A stretch of DNA of 64,000 nucleotides from Chlorokybus atmophyticus. Its lineage: Eukaryota > Plantae > Mesostigma and Chlorokybus algae. The notes beneath the pieces are model-generated. The model was not told the origin of the DNA, did no database searches, and saw nothing but the letters and a program-made list of their open reading frames with translations. The translations under genes were made by a program, and so were the position numbers. The stretch's first letter is position 1; each line of letters starts with the position of its first letter. Shown here piece after piece: positions 47,989 through 59,826 of this stretch. The stretch lies in the NCBI GenBank assembly GCA_009103225.1, contig RHPI01002204.1, positions 186,001 through 250,000 on the forward strand. Direction: 5' to 3'.

Positions 47989-49775
47989 GTTGGCAGCGAC
48001 CAACAGCGGCCCCGTCGCTCGTGTCAGCGGCGACGGATGAAGTCATGTCACACGTGTAGTGTACGCATGATGCATTTGGCTCCAAACCCAACTTTGGGTT
48101 CATGCAAGAACTTCTCTCATGCTCAAGCCCTGATGTCACGTTGCTAGCACAGCTTGCTGTGTGTGGAGGTTCATGGCACCCAAACAACCAATGCCATGAA
48201 CCTGACAGTAGTTTGATCTTGAATAGCACATATTGGTGCGTATTATTGCTGCCAAGAAGTCTTGCATAGCTTAAAGTTGGGTTTGGCCAAATGCGCCATG
48301 CGTAAAGGTGCTTTGAAGTGATGTGTTGCGTTGAATTGTAAATGCTTCGTTGGTGATGTTATGTACTATGCTGTCATGCTTGACCTGATGTACAATGAGT
48401 ATTGCCTTGAAGTAGTTACGTTTATGTACATGTTATCAATCATGAATACGTATCCATTATTTACAAGAAGACATGTTACGTGCCAACGCTACTGCGCTAT
48501 CATCTACAATTGTTTAAGCATTGCACAATATTAGCCAATATCAATCAATTGGTAACAAGTGCAATTGCTGCATATCACATTACACTATACATGCATCTGT
48601 ATTTAACAGTGTTAAAAAGCGTTGCATAATAGTATCATGTTGATAAGTATTGATGTACATGAGCAAGGTGTGTCATGAAGGTCAATATTTGTGTACTTGA
48701 GTTGTGTCATGATGATGCACATGCAAGTGTGTTTCGCAGTTTTGTACACATTAGCCACTAGATTAAACATTGTTGCCTTATTGTATGTCACACTATTGCA
48801 TCAATTATGCATAGTGAGGATGCTATGAGGGTCACATATTTAAGAATAAAAGCAATGAACAACCAATGCTTTGCTATAGCAAATGATACAAAAGTTGTAC
48901 GATTGTCATCACCCGCACGGACTGGAACATTAACTATCAACTATAAAGGGGGAAACAATCTTCTATGCGAGAAGGGGGGAGGGGGTGCAAAGTTGTTCAA
49001 CATCTCATTAAAAAGCACGCAATCTACAAAGTGGCGAGATGGTGACAACCTTTCTTATGATAAATGCTTGATGGCAGTGAGGACTTTTGCTAATTGTGAA
49101 GGCAGTGTACAAATAAACTGTCACTGGAGGGATAGACACTGCATGTTTGCCTATCCCTTCAACTCCAAGTCCATCGATTGTGAGCTGACATGTTGCCCCT
49201 ACAAGGTCATTCTATGTAGACAACCAACAGCAGAATTGTCATTGCAAACTCATATAAAAAGAAGATGTGCAAGCAACACAGAGGCAAGCATGAGACAACT
49301 TGGCAAGTTCCATACACAAGTCCAAGCCATATCAATGCGAGTGATGTCGTTGGAGGATAGGTACGCAACATAACTCCATGCTCAGGTAGTCCTGAACTGG
49401 CTATGCGCATGCAGATGCAACCACTCAATCCATGCATGGAATACAACTGCCACATGTGGGCGGTCTCACGCACGCCAGCAAGCTCCCTACCATGTACACG
49501 TAGAGTACATGGTGGTGATGCAAACAATCTGCTGCTGCTGAAATGGTGATGAAAATGACCAAAACACATGCATGGATGAGTAGCTGAATTGCACACCTCA
49601 TAGCATGCGGTGAATGCACTGTTGCACTGTGGGAGACTCTTACTGAGAACGCATGCGAAACAATTCACATAGGAACTGCATCAAGTGAGCTCAATGTGCA
49701 CGCACACATGCACGCACATGTCGCAAGCTTAACAACCCATGACAACAGCAAAAAGGGGCATGCTTACACAGCACA

Positions 49776-50467
49776 TCATGTTGTCCTCAATGGAGGCGAA
49801 ACCAAAATGACGCCATCGCCTCTTACAAACAGGTAAGCCAGCGTTCGTTTTGTTGTCTGCAATAAGCAAGTCATCTCATGTCAGTCAGTAGGAAGGATGG
49901 GCGTTGTTTGATAGAGTCAATACTATCATCGGTTCACCTTAATGATCTCCTCATAAGTCTCATCATCAATCTCCAGCGAAGTAACAGTCTCCTCCACTCC
50001 CCCCAAAATCATATTCAAATGCTGCGATGGGATCACAACAAGCACTCAGACAAATCAACACCTTAACTCGCTAAAAATTGACGCATTGCAATGGAGGCAA
50101 GTCCATAGCGTGCATGCCTATGCTAGACAAGCTCTGCTCTGGCTGAGGCACAATGCAAGCAGTTACCATGCTTGTACACGAATTGCGCTACATCACCTAA
50201 GACAACGTGATCAGCAAATCTACACGTGGTAGTATTACACAAAAACTGAAAAGTTCAGAACAGAAACACACACAATGCATTGTTCATTCAACTAGCCCCA
50301 CCAACCTGGTCGTAAGCATGCAGCTTGCCGCGCAGCTCCCTCTCACCGCGGAGCTTCACGTAGATGCGCTCCTCCAGGCTGAGACGTATGAGATCCAAGG
50401 GCTCCCTAACGGCCGCAGCCGCCGCTACAGCCGCAGCAGCTGCCGCCGCCGCCCCCTCCTCCGCCAT
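49776..50467 (-). CDS. LSM3: Sm-like protein LSm3 (3 exons)
   Basis: '[35 protein letters not shown]|[14 protein letters not shown]...EEIIK|[25 protein letters not shown]'. Confidence 0.95.
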
Positions 50468-50597
50468 CACATCACACACACGGCTTGCAAACCCTAAACT
50501 TGGGCCTGGTCAGCCCTAACTGACTTGGCGAGGAGGCGGTGGCGGAGGTGGAGAAGGACGAGGAGGAGGAGGAGGAGGGGCAGGTGGTGTCGTCAGG
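50468..50597. promoter_or_regulatory. 130-bp bidirectional promoter (LSM3/OEP61) with telo-box and site II motif
   Basis: AAACCCTAA at 50489-50497 and TGGGCC at 50501-50506, between divergent start codons. Confidence 0.6.
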
Positions 50598-53367
50598 ATG
50601 ATGAGCCCAGAGATGGTCCGCCTGGCCTCGGAGCAGATGGCCCGCATGCGCCCCGAGGATCTCCGCCGCATGCAGGAACAGGTGAGGGAGAAGGTTGCAG
50701 TTTATGTGCGATAAGGTAGCCTGGCACTTGTCTCAGCATGGCTCAAATGGGCTCTGATTATGTATAATAGATTTCTATGTGCGGAGTGTTGAGATGATTC
50801 ACGCTTTTAGGTTATGAGCATGGATCCAGCCACCCTGCGTATGGCGCAGCAGCAAATGGGCAGCATGCGTCCGGAGGACTTCAACGCTATGTCCGATGTC
50901 ATGCGGGGTCTCAGCCCCGATCAGATGGCCGCCATGTCCTCAGCCGCCTCTGCCGGCTCCCCTCCGATCGCAGGTTCCAGCGACGCTTACACCTACGCCA
51001 ACAAACTTAAAGAGGAGGTGTGTTCATCGTTTTTCCAGCTACCACGTTGCACATGAGCTCATGTTACGCATACCCGTACACTTACATGTACAGAAATATT
51101 TAAACATACACATACGCGCACACATACACGTACACATGCACATAAAGCTCACACTGACCTGGTGCCTCCGGCACTGGCAAGATCTTGCAAAGTCATGTTA
51201 GTGGTTGGTGATTAACAGGGCAACAAGCTCCACAATGCTGGACAGTACTCGCAAGCCATTGAGAAGTACGCAAAAGCGCAGGCAGACGTCTCCAACCTGT
51301 CGGTGAGTGCATTGAATAACCAATCTTGCGCACATGCTGGCTATGACGGGTGTGACGGCATTGCTTATCTGAGCTTCAACTTCAACAATAACACAGTCAA
51401 GTTACCGCTGCTGAGTTGCTATCGTGGACCGCTTGTTGTAAAGTACGTAGTGGGTGCATATACAGTGTATGGTAGCGATAGATGTTCGGTTGCGTCGTAG
51501 CCCACTGCTTGTGTTGCTTACAGAGTGCAGAAGCAGTAGCCCTTCGCAAATCGTGCTTGCTCAACCTGGCATCCTGTTACTTGAAAACTAAACAGTTTGG
51601 TGCAACCGCGCAAGTCTGCACGGAGGTAACTATCAAAGTGGTTGTATCAGCTGGGATTTGTGTGCTGTGTTCTCAGCAGCATGGCATCAATGCTGAAGCA
51701 TATTGTGTGCAATTCAGGTGTTGAATGATGACCACAACAACTTGAAAGCGCTTTACCGGCGAGGGCAAGCCTACTTGGCCAACAATAAAATTAGGCCGGC
51801 GATAGCCGACTTGGAGCGCGCGCACAAGCTGTCTCCCGATGACGAGACTGTGCTGGCTGTGTACAATGAAGCCAGAGCCAAGTTGACACAAGACGCTGTC
51901 GATCAAACCGACGAGCTGCAGCAGACATTATTGCCTTCAATTGCAGATCAGCAACCTGCGCAAGCTTCGGTTGTGGACGAAAGACAAGATGAAGCCAATG
52001 CACCAGTACGGTCACATATCAATTGTCTTGTAGTGCTTGCTTCACAGCCAGCAGGAGTGTCTCTTGACTCAACACGTGTTATGAAACAGGAGGGTTCAGT
52101 AGAGGAGGTTGAGGAGGCGCACGAGGTTGTGGAGGCGCGTGCGCCAACAAGCACGGGTCTCAACAGCAGTGAAAGTACATCCGGTGGTGTTGGTACGCCG
52201 TTCATACCGGATGCTGCACAGATGCGCGAGGCGGCGAGTATGTTTGGAAGCAATCCGGAGTTGGTGCGGTACGCTTGTTGCTACCGTTCTCTGTGGCGTG
52301 TGTGCAAGGGGTGTTGTTTAGATGAACGGAATGAGGTGCAGGATGATGTCGCGCATGATGTCCAACATGGAGCCGGAAGTGATAGCTGCTATGAGTGGAG
52401 GGCGTGTCACGTCACAGATGGCGCAGCAGGCATCCACCTTAATGCAGGTGTGTATGGCTCTCAGTCCGCTCTCATGCTTTGCTGCTTGCAACCTTACCTA
52501 CATTTGTGCGAAATTGTGTTGGTGCGAATTGATTTATGTGCCATTGCCACAGAGCATGCCACCAGAGGCCTTGCAAACTATGATGCAGAGCACAATGGGA
52601 ATGCAACCCCCCGCGTCAACTTCTGCAGCAAGCAACACAAGCATTGCTTCAAGTTTGCAGCCACAAGCTTCTACTCTCCCTCAACCCAGTCCTGACTTGT
52701 TGCGAGCCATGACAAGGGTGAGTATGTGTCTGTTTGGTGTGCATACATGGTGTTGTGCACCGGTTTTAACAAACATTGTTGCACCAGAATGGAGTGCCTC
52801 CAAGTATGGAGGAGATGAGGCAAAAGATGCAGGCAGATCCATCAATGTTGACAGCTGCAATGTCTGATCCTAACATGATGAGCGCCATGAACGAAATGAT
52901 GAAGAACATGTCACCTGAAGCTATGGTGCAGATGAGCGAACAGATGGGCATGAAGGTACAGTTGTTATATACTTTTGCCACATATCGCCATGTGCTGCCA
53001 CTTGATGCGGCTGCTCGCACACACACAATGAAATTGTACTCATTGGCCATGTGCAGTTGTCTCCTGAGATGGCACGCAAGGTGCATGACCAGATGAGCAC
53101 AATGCGACCAGAGGACATGGAAAGGATGGTAAACACACTTCAACCTGCACATGCGTGAACGTGTTAAGATCTGTTATTGGGTGAATTGCTGGTTGACATG
53201 GTGGTCTGTGCTGTTCGTCAACTCAGATGAAGGTAGCGGCTCAAGTGCAGAAAGTCGCTGTTGTTGGCAAGAAGGCGAAGGACTTCTTGCTTGGGCGCGC
53301 GGGCCTCGTTATTGCCCTTGTTGTTTTGCTGCTCGGCGTTCTGTTGCATTGGTATTGGTACCGGTGA
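50598..53367 (+). CDS. OEP61: Outer envelope protein 61-like TPR co-chaperone receptor (multi-exon)
   Basis: Met-rich N-term 'MMSPEMVRLASEQMARMRPEDL', TPR clamp 'KLKEE|GNKLHNAG...LNLASCYLK...KALYRRGQA', Met-rich STI1-like repeats and a C-terminal TM 'LVIALVVLLLGVLLHWYWYR*'. Confidence 0.88.
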
Positions 53368-54849
53368 CAGTTGGGAGATGGTTGTTATTTGTGTAGCACC
53401 GCGCTTAATCGGGATAGTTCAAACTTGTGTATTAATGGACATCAGAGATTGCACACGCGTATTGCAGTCACTGCTTGTGTTGGCAAAAGCATGAATGCAT
53501 TATTTGGGAACAGAACAATACACAGGTCCATAGATGCTGCACTGCTGTAAGATCTACATTGAAGCCAACTACATTGAATCCGCCAATGTCAGTCTCGCAG
53601 TGTCTGTCAAGATTGCGGCCAGAGCAGGCCGCAGCTGCCAGCACGGTCGAGGCGAGGGCGATTGTGTATCGGCGCACGTGGTCATCGACAAAACAGGGTG
53701 AGCTGGTGAGCTGGTTAACCCTTGGCCTCCGGATCCGTCGCCGCCGCACACCCTGCCGTAAGCGCGTACCAGTCTGCGGCGACGACTTCCGGCGAGTTGG
53801 TCCAGAACCCTGGCGCAACCAAGATCTTGACCGCCATTGCTACATCCAGTGGCAAGCAGCAATCCGTCTCGCATGTAGGCTTTCAAACTACATGTATACG
53901 CATTAGCCCAGTAAGGACGTGCGTAGTTGCGAATCGTCCATGTACAGGCTTCCCCCATTAGGAGACCTTGGTTTAAGAGGACCCGGTAATATCATAGGAG
54001 CGCCGCATACGAAATGTTTTTGAGGTAAATGCTTGTGGTCATGGCATTACTCTTGTCTGTAGTAAGCCTAGAGGTTTGGCGCAAACTTTCCCGCGGATCC
54101 AATCTTGTAATGGGGGAACTCCTCGCTAACAGCATGAATATATCATAGCAAAAATGTTAGTATATCATAGTTTCATAAAATTTATATCATAATCTTGTCA
54201 ATCTTATATATATAAACTATTGGCCACCTCACTATGTGGGGTAACAATAAAAACCGTTACTTATAGCAAACCTATTGTATTACACGGTAAGGCATTACTA
54301 TTATAATAAGCATTCAGATCATTACCTTGCTGGTGGAATGAAAAGCTACAATATTTGTGATGTTGATATAACGGGGGGACTGGACACTTCCGACGCGGGA
54401 TCGGATGCATGTGTATATGGATGGACCGCCGTCTTGTTAAATCTGCAAAATGAAAGCCGATGGGCGATTAGTAGATAGTGACACAATTATTCATGGGTCT
54501 CGACAATTGTTGCTGCCTGTGCACGTTAGCACAAGCTACGCTCACCTCGCCCGCCCCGGAAGGCAATGAGCAACATTCAATGTGAGATCAAGCACGCCAT
54601 GCATCGTGTAGTCCACAAGTGATAAGTCATTCTCAAATTTTAAATGCTTGTAGACGAGGCTTACGGGCCACTTACAACCAAGCCCTTGAGCCGGTTAAAT
54701 TTCCTTGACGATTAGGCATGCAACCGCCTAGTGGCATGCATAGTTGATTTGATTGACATATTAACTACTGGTTACCAATGCAATAAAGTTCTGTATGCTA
54801 GTGACAGCTACACTTGGCCTACCTCAGTCACAGTCATGTCTTGTGGTAA

Positions 54850-55275
54850 GAGGGCACTTACACCGGCTTACTTTGCGCAAAATCCGAGGCCCAAATACAA
54901 CTTTTACGATCGGCTCGAATGTACATCGGCGCCAAATGGTACCAAACCCGTAAGTTAAAGTTGTATTTGCAAAAGGGGCCCTGAGGCGCTTTTGCGATTG
55001 TATTTTGGGGTCGCCGACCAGTAACAACGGTGAGAACGCTTGCCACGGTCACCACGTCGGCAAGCGTCGGCGGGAATTGAACATCACCTGCGGCGATTAG
55101 GTTCGGGCGCTAGCCGTTAAGCATGTTACAAATACAACTACACGTATAGATGCAAGTACATAGTGTTTCCTTGCAAGCGCATCTACCCACAGAGCGTGCT
55201 TCGCGCAGCTTCAATGTCTGCTAATCTAAATACATATATGTACACATGTTTAGATGTGCTCGTATACATACACAG

Positions 55276-55309
<34 letters not shown>

Positions 55310-56040
55310 TCAATTGTAAGTATACTTATAACTGTATATATTTTTATATGTATATACATAAATATGCACATACAAATATGCGTAAATATGCGCAAATATA
55401 CATGTGTATATCTACATGTTTATATATACATATGTATACATATGTATATGTTTTCCGGGGCGTGCTTCGCGTAGTGAGTCTCCTGACAATTCTGTATACA
55501 TATATACATCTTTCAAAATGCTATGTGAATGTGTATACATGAGTATCGATGTGTTACATGCATATATCTTCAATGAATGCGTTTCATATATGTCTGTATG
55601 TTGCCGATTTCAACCTTTCGTGTGCACGCGCGATTTTACAGAAACGGCCGTTCCCCCGCCGTGACAGGCGGGGGATTGGCCGTTTCTGTAACGGCTTTTG
55701 TGAGTCGGGTGCTTCGTGCACATGAAAGGTTGAAATCGGCAATAATCTACGCAAACATATACATCTATGCATATTTGTATAGGCATATATGTGTATCTGC
55801 AAATGCACCTATGTCTATGTTTCAATGTGCCTCGATTATTTACTAAGTTTATCGACCCCTGACTGTGGTAATGCATAGTCAATAGTCGTCGCGCGGGAAA
55901 CGGCGTCAAGTGGTGATGTGGCGGTCGAAACACGTCCATGTAAACGCGAGAAGTGATGATGTACTTGCCATAAAAGTCCGTACCCACACGTATTTTGCGC
56001 AAGATACAGGTTTTCAACGCACGCCGGTGTAAACGCCCTC
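54850..56040. mobile_element. Non-autonomous Harbinger (Tourist-like) element related to 16866-21917
   Basis: TIRs GAGGGCACTTACACCGGC and reverse complement GAGGGCGTTTACACCGGC (16/18), flanked by TAA and TGA. The left roughly 230 bp resembles 16890-17110 and the right end resembles 21860-21917. The interior is TA/CA low-complexity sequence with no transposase. Confidence 0.8.
55601..55742. repeat. Long nested hairpin
   Basis: Outer stem 28 bp with 1 mismatch (TTGCCGATTTCAACCTTTCGTGTGCACG), middle stem 14 bp perfect (TTACAGAAACGGCC), inner stem 8 bp (CCCCCGCC) and a 6-nt loop. Confidence 0.9.
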
Positions 56041-56259
56041 TGAGGCCCGTGGCTACCTGGTTGAGTGATTGATGTTCAGTGCTGCATGCCGTCACAAGGC
56101 CAAATTACGGAATACATAACCATGATTATATTTCAACTAAATCGCCTCCTAGCGACCGTCGATGCGCGTCGTCACTCATCGGACGACCCTGGCGCTTCAC
56201 GCGCGGTCATCCGTCGCCGTCCTATGATTGGGACCACGCAGCCCCCAGTCTGACTGACT

Positions 56260-56994
56260 GTGACACTCCCCCACACCCTGCATGTCGCCTACATCAGTCC
56301 AGGCAGGGGGGCAATGCGTCGGGACTGGGGGCTGCTGCCCGGCGACGTTTGGCACCGTCGCTGCGGGCGAGAAGTATACCCTCTCACCGCCGGGCGGCTC
56401 ACCTTCGTGAGGCATCTGCTCTTCGGCTTCCTACACGGCTTCCTGCACGGCAGCCCGTGGCTTACCGGCAGGCCCGACTTCGACCGAGCCGTCCCTTTCC
56501 TCCAGGACACCTTGCGAAGCCTCGACGCTTACGAGTCCGAGCTGAGAGCCCTGGCGGGACACAGAGGCATCGCCGTCGCCTCCGGGCCGCTGGGTCCTCG
56601 CCTACCTGACGGGCTGCATCGCGCCGCCACGGGGACCACCGCGGTGCTGTGCTACATCTTGGCGTGGGACCTGTGCGGCGAGTGCCAGCAGCTGCCGCCC
56701 GACACCCCGGCCAAGGTCAGCCGGTGGGTGCCGCAGCTGCGCTTCCACCGCATCTTCCGGTCCATACACACCGACCTGTACCCGTCGTCCGTCCCTCGCA
56801 CCGTGTACCTGGCGGCCAAGCGTGACTTACCTGGCGTGCGGGAGCTGAGGGGCGAGGCGGTCGGGCGCCTGCTGCGTTTCGCAGCGTTCTACCGCAGTTC
56901 CGTCGTGGAAGGCCTGCCGCTAGACGACGGGGCGTATTGCCCGGCTCACGCGCGATTCTTCGAGCCGGGACCACTCAAATTGCCTCGCTTCTGA
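56260..56994 (+). CDS. Hypothetical intronless GC-rich ORF (ATG at about 56314)
   Basis: 244-codon open frame, visibly richer in GC and GC3 than its flanks. No domain recognised. Confidence 0.5.
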   Translation: MTLPHTLHVAYISPGRGAMRRDWGLLPGDVWHRRCGREVYPLTAGRLTFVRHLLFGFLHGFLHGSPWLTGRPDFDRAVPFLQDTLRSLDAYESELRALAGHRGIAVASGPLGPRLPDGLHRAATGTTAVLCYILAWDLCGECQQLPPDTPAKVSRWVPQLRFHRIFRSIHTDLYPSSVPRTVYLAAKRDLPGVRELRGEAVGRLLRFAAFYRSSVVEGLPLDDGAYCPAHARFFEPGPLKLPRF

Positions 56995-57784
56995 TTTTTA
57001 GACGTGTGTGTATGATGGACTCACCGTTTGCAAAGACGACGTGTAACACATCAGCACAAAGTGTTGTTCTTTGCAAACGGTGCTGCACAACATGTGTCGC
57101 TCGCAGTGACAGAGCTGCCGGACCAGACACAGGCAACCCATGCTGGTTGCCTTTGCACTCTCGAACATATAAAACACACCGGTGTGGTCCAGCGCCTGAT
57201 ATTCAACAACACGCCTTCTGTAATCATATCGCTGCATGGTCAAGGCTCGCACGCTTGGTTACAAGCTGACAACAAACAACTTGCGATAACACCACACACG
57301 CCTTGGCACTGATCCGTAGAAGGGTTGCTGCAGTGACTTGTACAGATCTCTAGCAATCACTGAACACTGCCACGCAAACACGTTGGAACCCATCCACGCC
57401 ACACCATCAGCTGTGCCTGCATGCACTCGATCCATGCAAGAAGACCAGGGTAATGGACGAAGCAAAGCAAAGCTTGGGACATTGGCACTTATTCATGATG
57501 TCTGCACATGCCCCATGTATCGTTTGTATCGCTACTACATACAGACATGCACAGATAACATACACAAGTGTGCGCGCAATGGCAAACAAAGCGGCAAGAT
57601 GTGAACAGCAGTGACCCTTTGCCACTCAACGTGGCAATGGACCATTGCCACCATGCACAACTTGAACTCGCAAGTATTGACCACAATAGGTGGGTACATG
57701 TACTAACAAACAAACTAGCTAACCAATTCATAACAACTCTACCGCCCTAAGTGTGTCATGTGGCCACCCCTGTCACTACTACGA

Positions 57785-58931
57785 CTAGAGTATGTGAGGA
57801 GGAGGCTCCCCAAACCAGCGCGGGGGGTCGTATCCGGAACCGCCTGCATCGCAAGCACACAACACGTGTTGTTACCCAACATAACCCACGTGCTGCTGCA
57901 AGCACAGCTGCTGTAAACAACCCCGAAACAGATGAGCTCACCGAAAGGGTTGCATCGCATGAGGCGCCATGCCGTCAGTACAGTCCCCTTTGCCACGCCG
58001 TACTTTGTGTACGCCTGTCATATATGTCACGATGTGCACACACATACACATGCAGAAAAGTTGATGCCGCAAACATGCAACACAGTAGCATGCCATACAA
58101 ACCAGAAGTGTGAGCGGAGATGTGAAGCACCCTTGCCTGCATGGCGTACTCTGAACAGGTTGGGATGTACCGACAGCTGGGCGGGAGAAGCGGCGATATC
58201 AGCCCTGCATACACGCGCTTTTGTTCAGACACTCCTTCAAGCAAAGCTTGTTTGCATATGCGTTTGGCTTGCGTGCATGCGCCCGCAATTGCGCATGCAT
58301 GCGTCTATGTTTGTGTGCCTGCGTGTACACTCTGCATGACAAGTAACATGACCACACAACAGCCGTTGCAGGTACGGCGAACTCTCTTCAAGCAAGAGCA
58401 ATGACCACGCACCCAGTACACCTTACTTGTTGTTGTTCACGTTTTTGTTCTTGCGTTCTCTTTGCAAGATTAGTGGTAACTGATGAGTTACACAGTAAGA
58501 TGGCTGATTTGGATGTGATGCCATAAGTTACAGGCAAGGCAGTCACCTTTGTAGAACTTCAACATGGACACAGCCGCTTTCACCGCAGGACTGCGCCTGT
58601 CCTCCTCCTCCTCCTCCTCCTCCTCCGCCTCGTCCTTATCACGGTCCTCCACCTCCTCATCCTGGACTAGCGCAAACGCAACATCCCAGTGGCGGCTTCC
58701 AGCACAGCATTGACACCAGCCTCTGGGCTCTGCACCTGCCCACTGCACCGGGTGCAGCTGGCGCCGCCCAGGCTTGGCTGTGCTGAACAGCAAGGCGGGA
58801 CGGCCGCTGGATGACGCTGACGAGGAGGAGGTGACACGGAGGTGATGACCTGTTTGTCGTTGCTGTCGTGGGTGGTAGTCTAGCGGAGTAACAGGGAGAC
58901 GTAACACCACCGCCGTTGCCGCCGCCGCCAT
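57785..58931 (-). CDS. YidD/UPF0161 (membrane protein insertion efficiency factor)-like protein with transit peptide (4 exons)
   Basis: '[10 protein letters not shown]|...[21 protein letters not shown]|[24 protein letters not shown]|[16 protein letters not shown]'. Confidence 0.9.
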
Positions 58932-59826
58932 CCTGATGTGCCACAAGTCCTTGTCTCACATGGTCTGCTGGTGGCGATGTCCAGTGTAGGACGAGGAAGC
59001 GGCGGCGGTGACGACGGGGTCGAGGAGGAGGTTGACCTTGGTGGGTTGATATTGGTATAGAACTGTACAGTCGTTGAGATGTTGAGGAGAAGAGTACTGG
59101 CCTACTGTTTTGCAGTTATGCTTCGGGTACGTCCACTACAGGATAGGCATGACTGATTGAGACCCTCTCCTTGACCCTACTGAGTCTGTCTCACGCTGTT
59201 CCTGCTGTGCACATAAGCCTGAAGGGCCAGTGCAGCATGCAGTGATTGCTTTGCTGTCTGCATACAGATTGTGATGCAACACGTGTGTAAGTGTCTTTGC
59301 TGGTTGGCGTGCGCGTAATGTAATCAATGCATAAAACAGTAAAGTTTAAGAACACGGACGACCATAACATGAATGAAGGCAACACACGTCTAATGCCTTG
59401 GTTAGCCCATACAGTTTTCATAACTGCACACATCTCTACTACTCTGTCTACAAACGCTGATTGCAAGCAATTCTCAAGTAAGTTGTGCTCAGCGTATGTC
59501 CAGTAGCGTTCTGTAAAGCAGTAATCAAAGGTAAACACGTCAGGAGCGTTTACAACCAATCACTCTTCGACCTGTGAACAGAAAGTACGGCCTGTTTCAA
59601 GGGGCAAGAATATTGTCACCACTTGATGATAGACTTGCCCCAGCAAGCAACCTCTCTGTTTCATATGAAAGACCCAAGCACACATGCCAACACAAGGATT
59701 GTGCTTGACAACTGTTATTCAAGGGGGAGGTCAGCCCATAGACGCCTCCGTTGCCAATTGCAACCAACAACAACACCAGCTAGCAACAGCATACATGATA
59801 CACATCAACCACTACCCCAACGATTT

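Noticed and set aside
53950-54118. 11-bp inverted repeat TTCCCCCATTA/TAATGGGGGAA suggesting a small MITE
   Set aside because: There is no TSD and the repeat is too short to distinguish from chance without a copy search.
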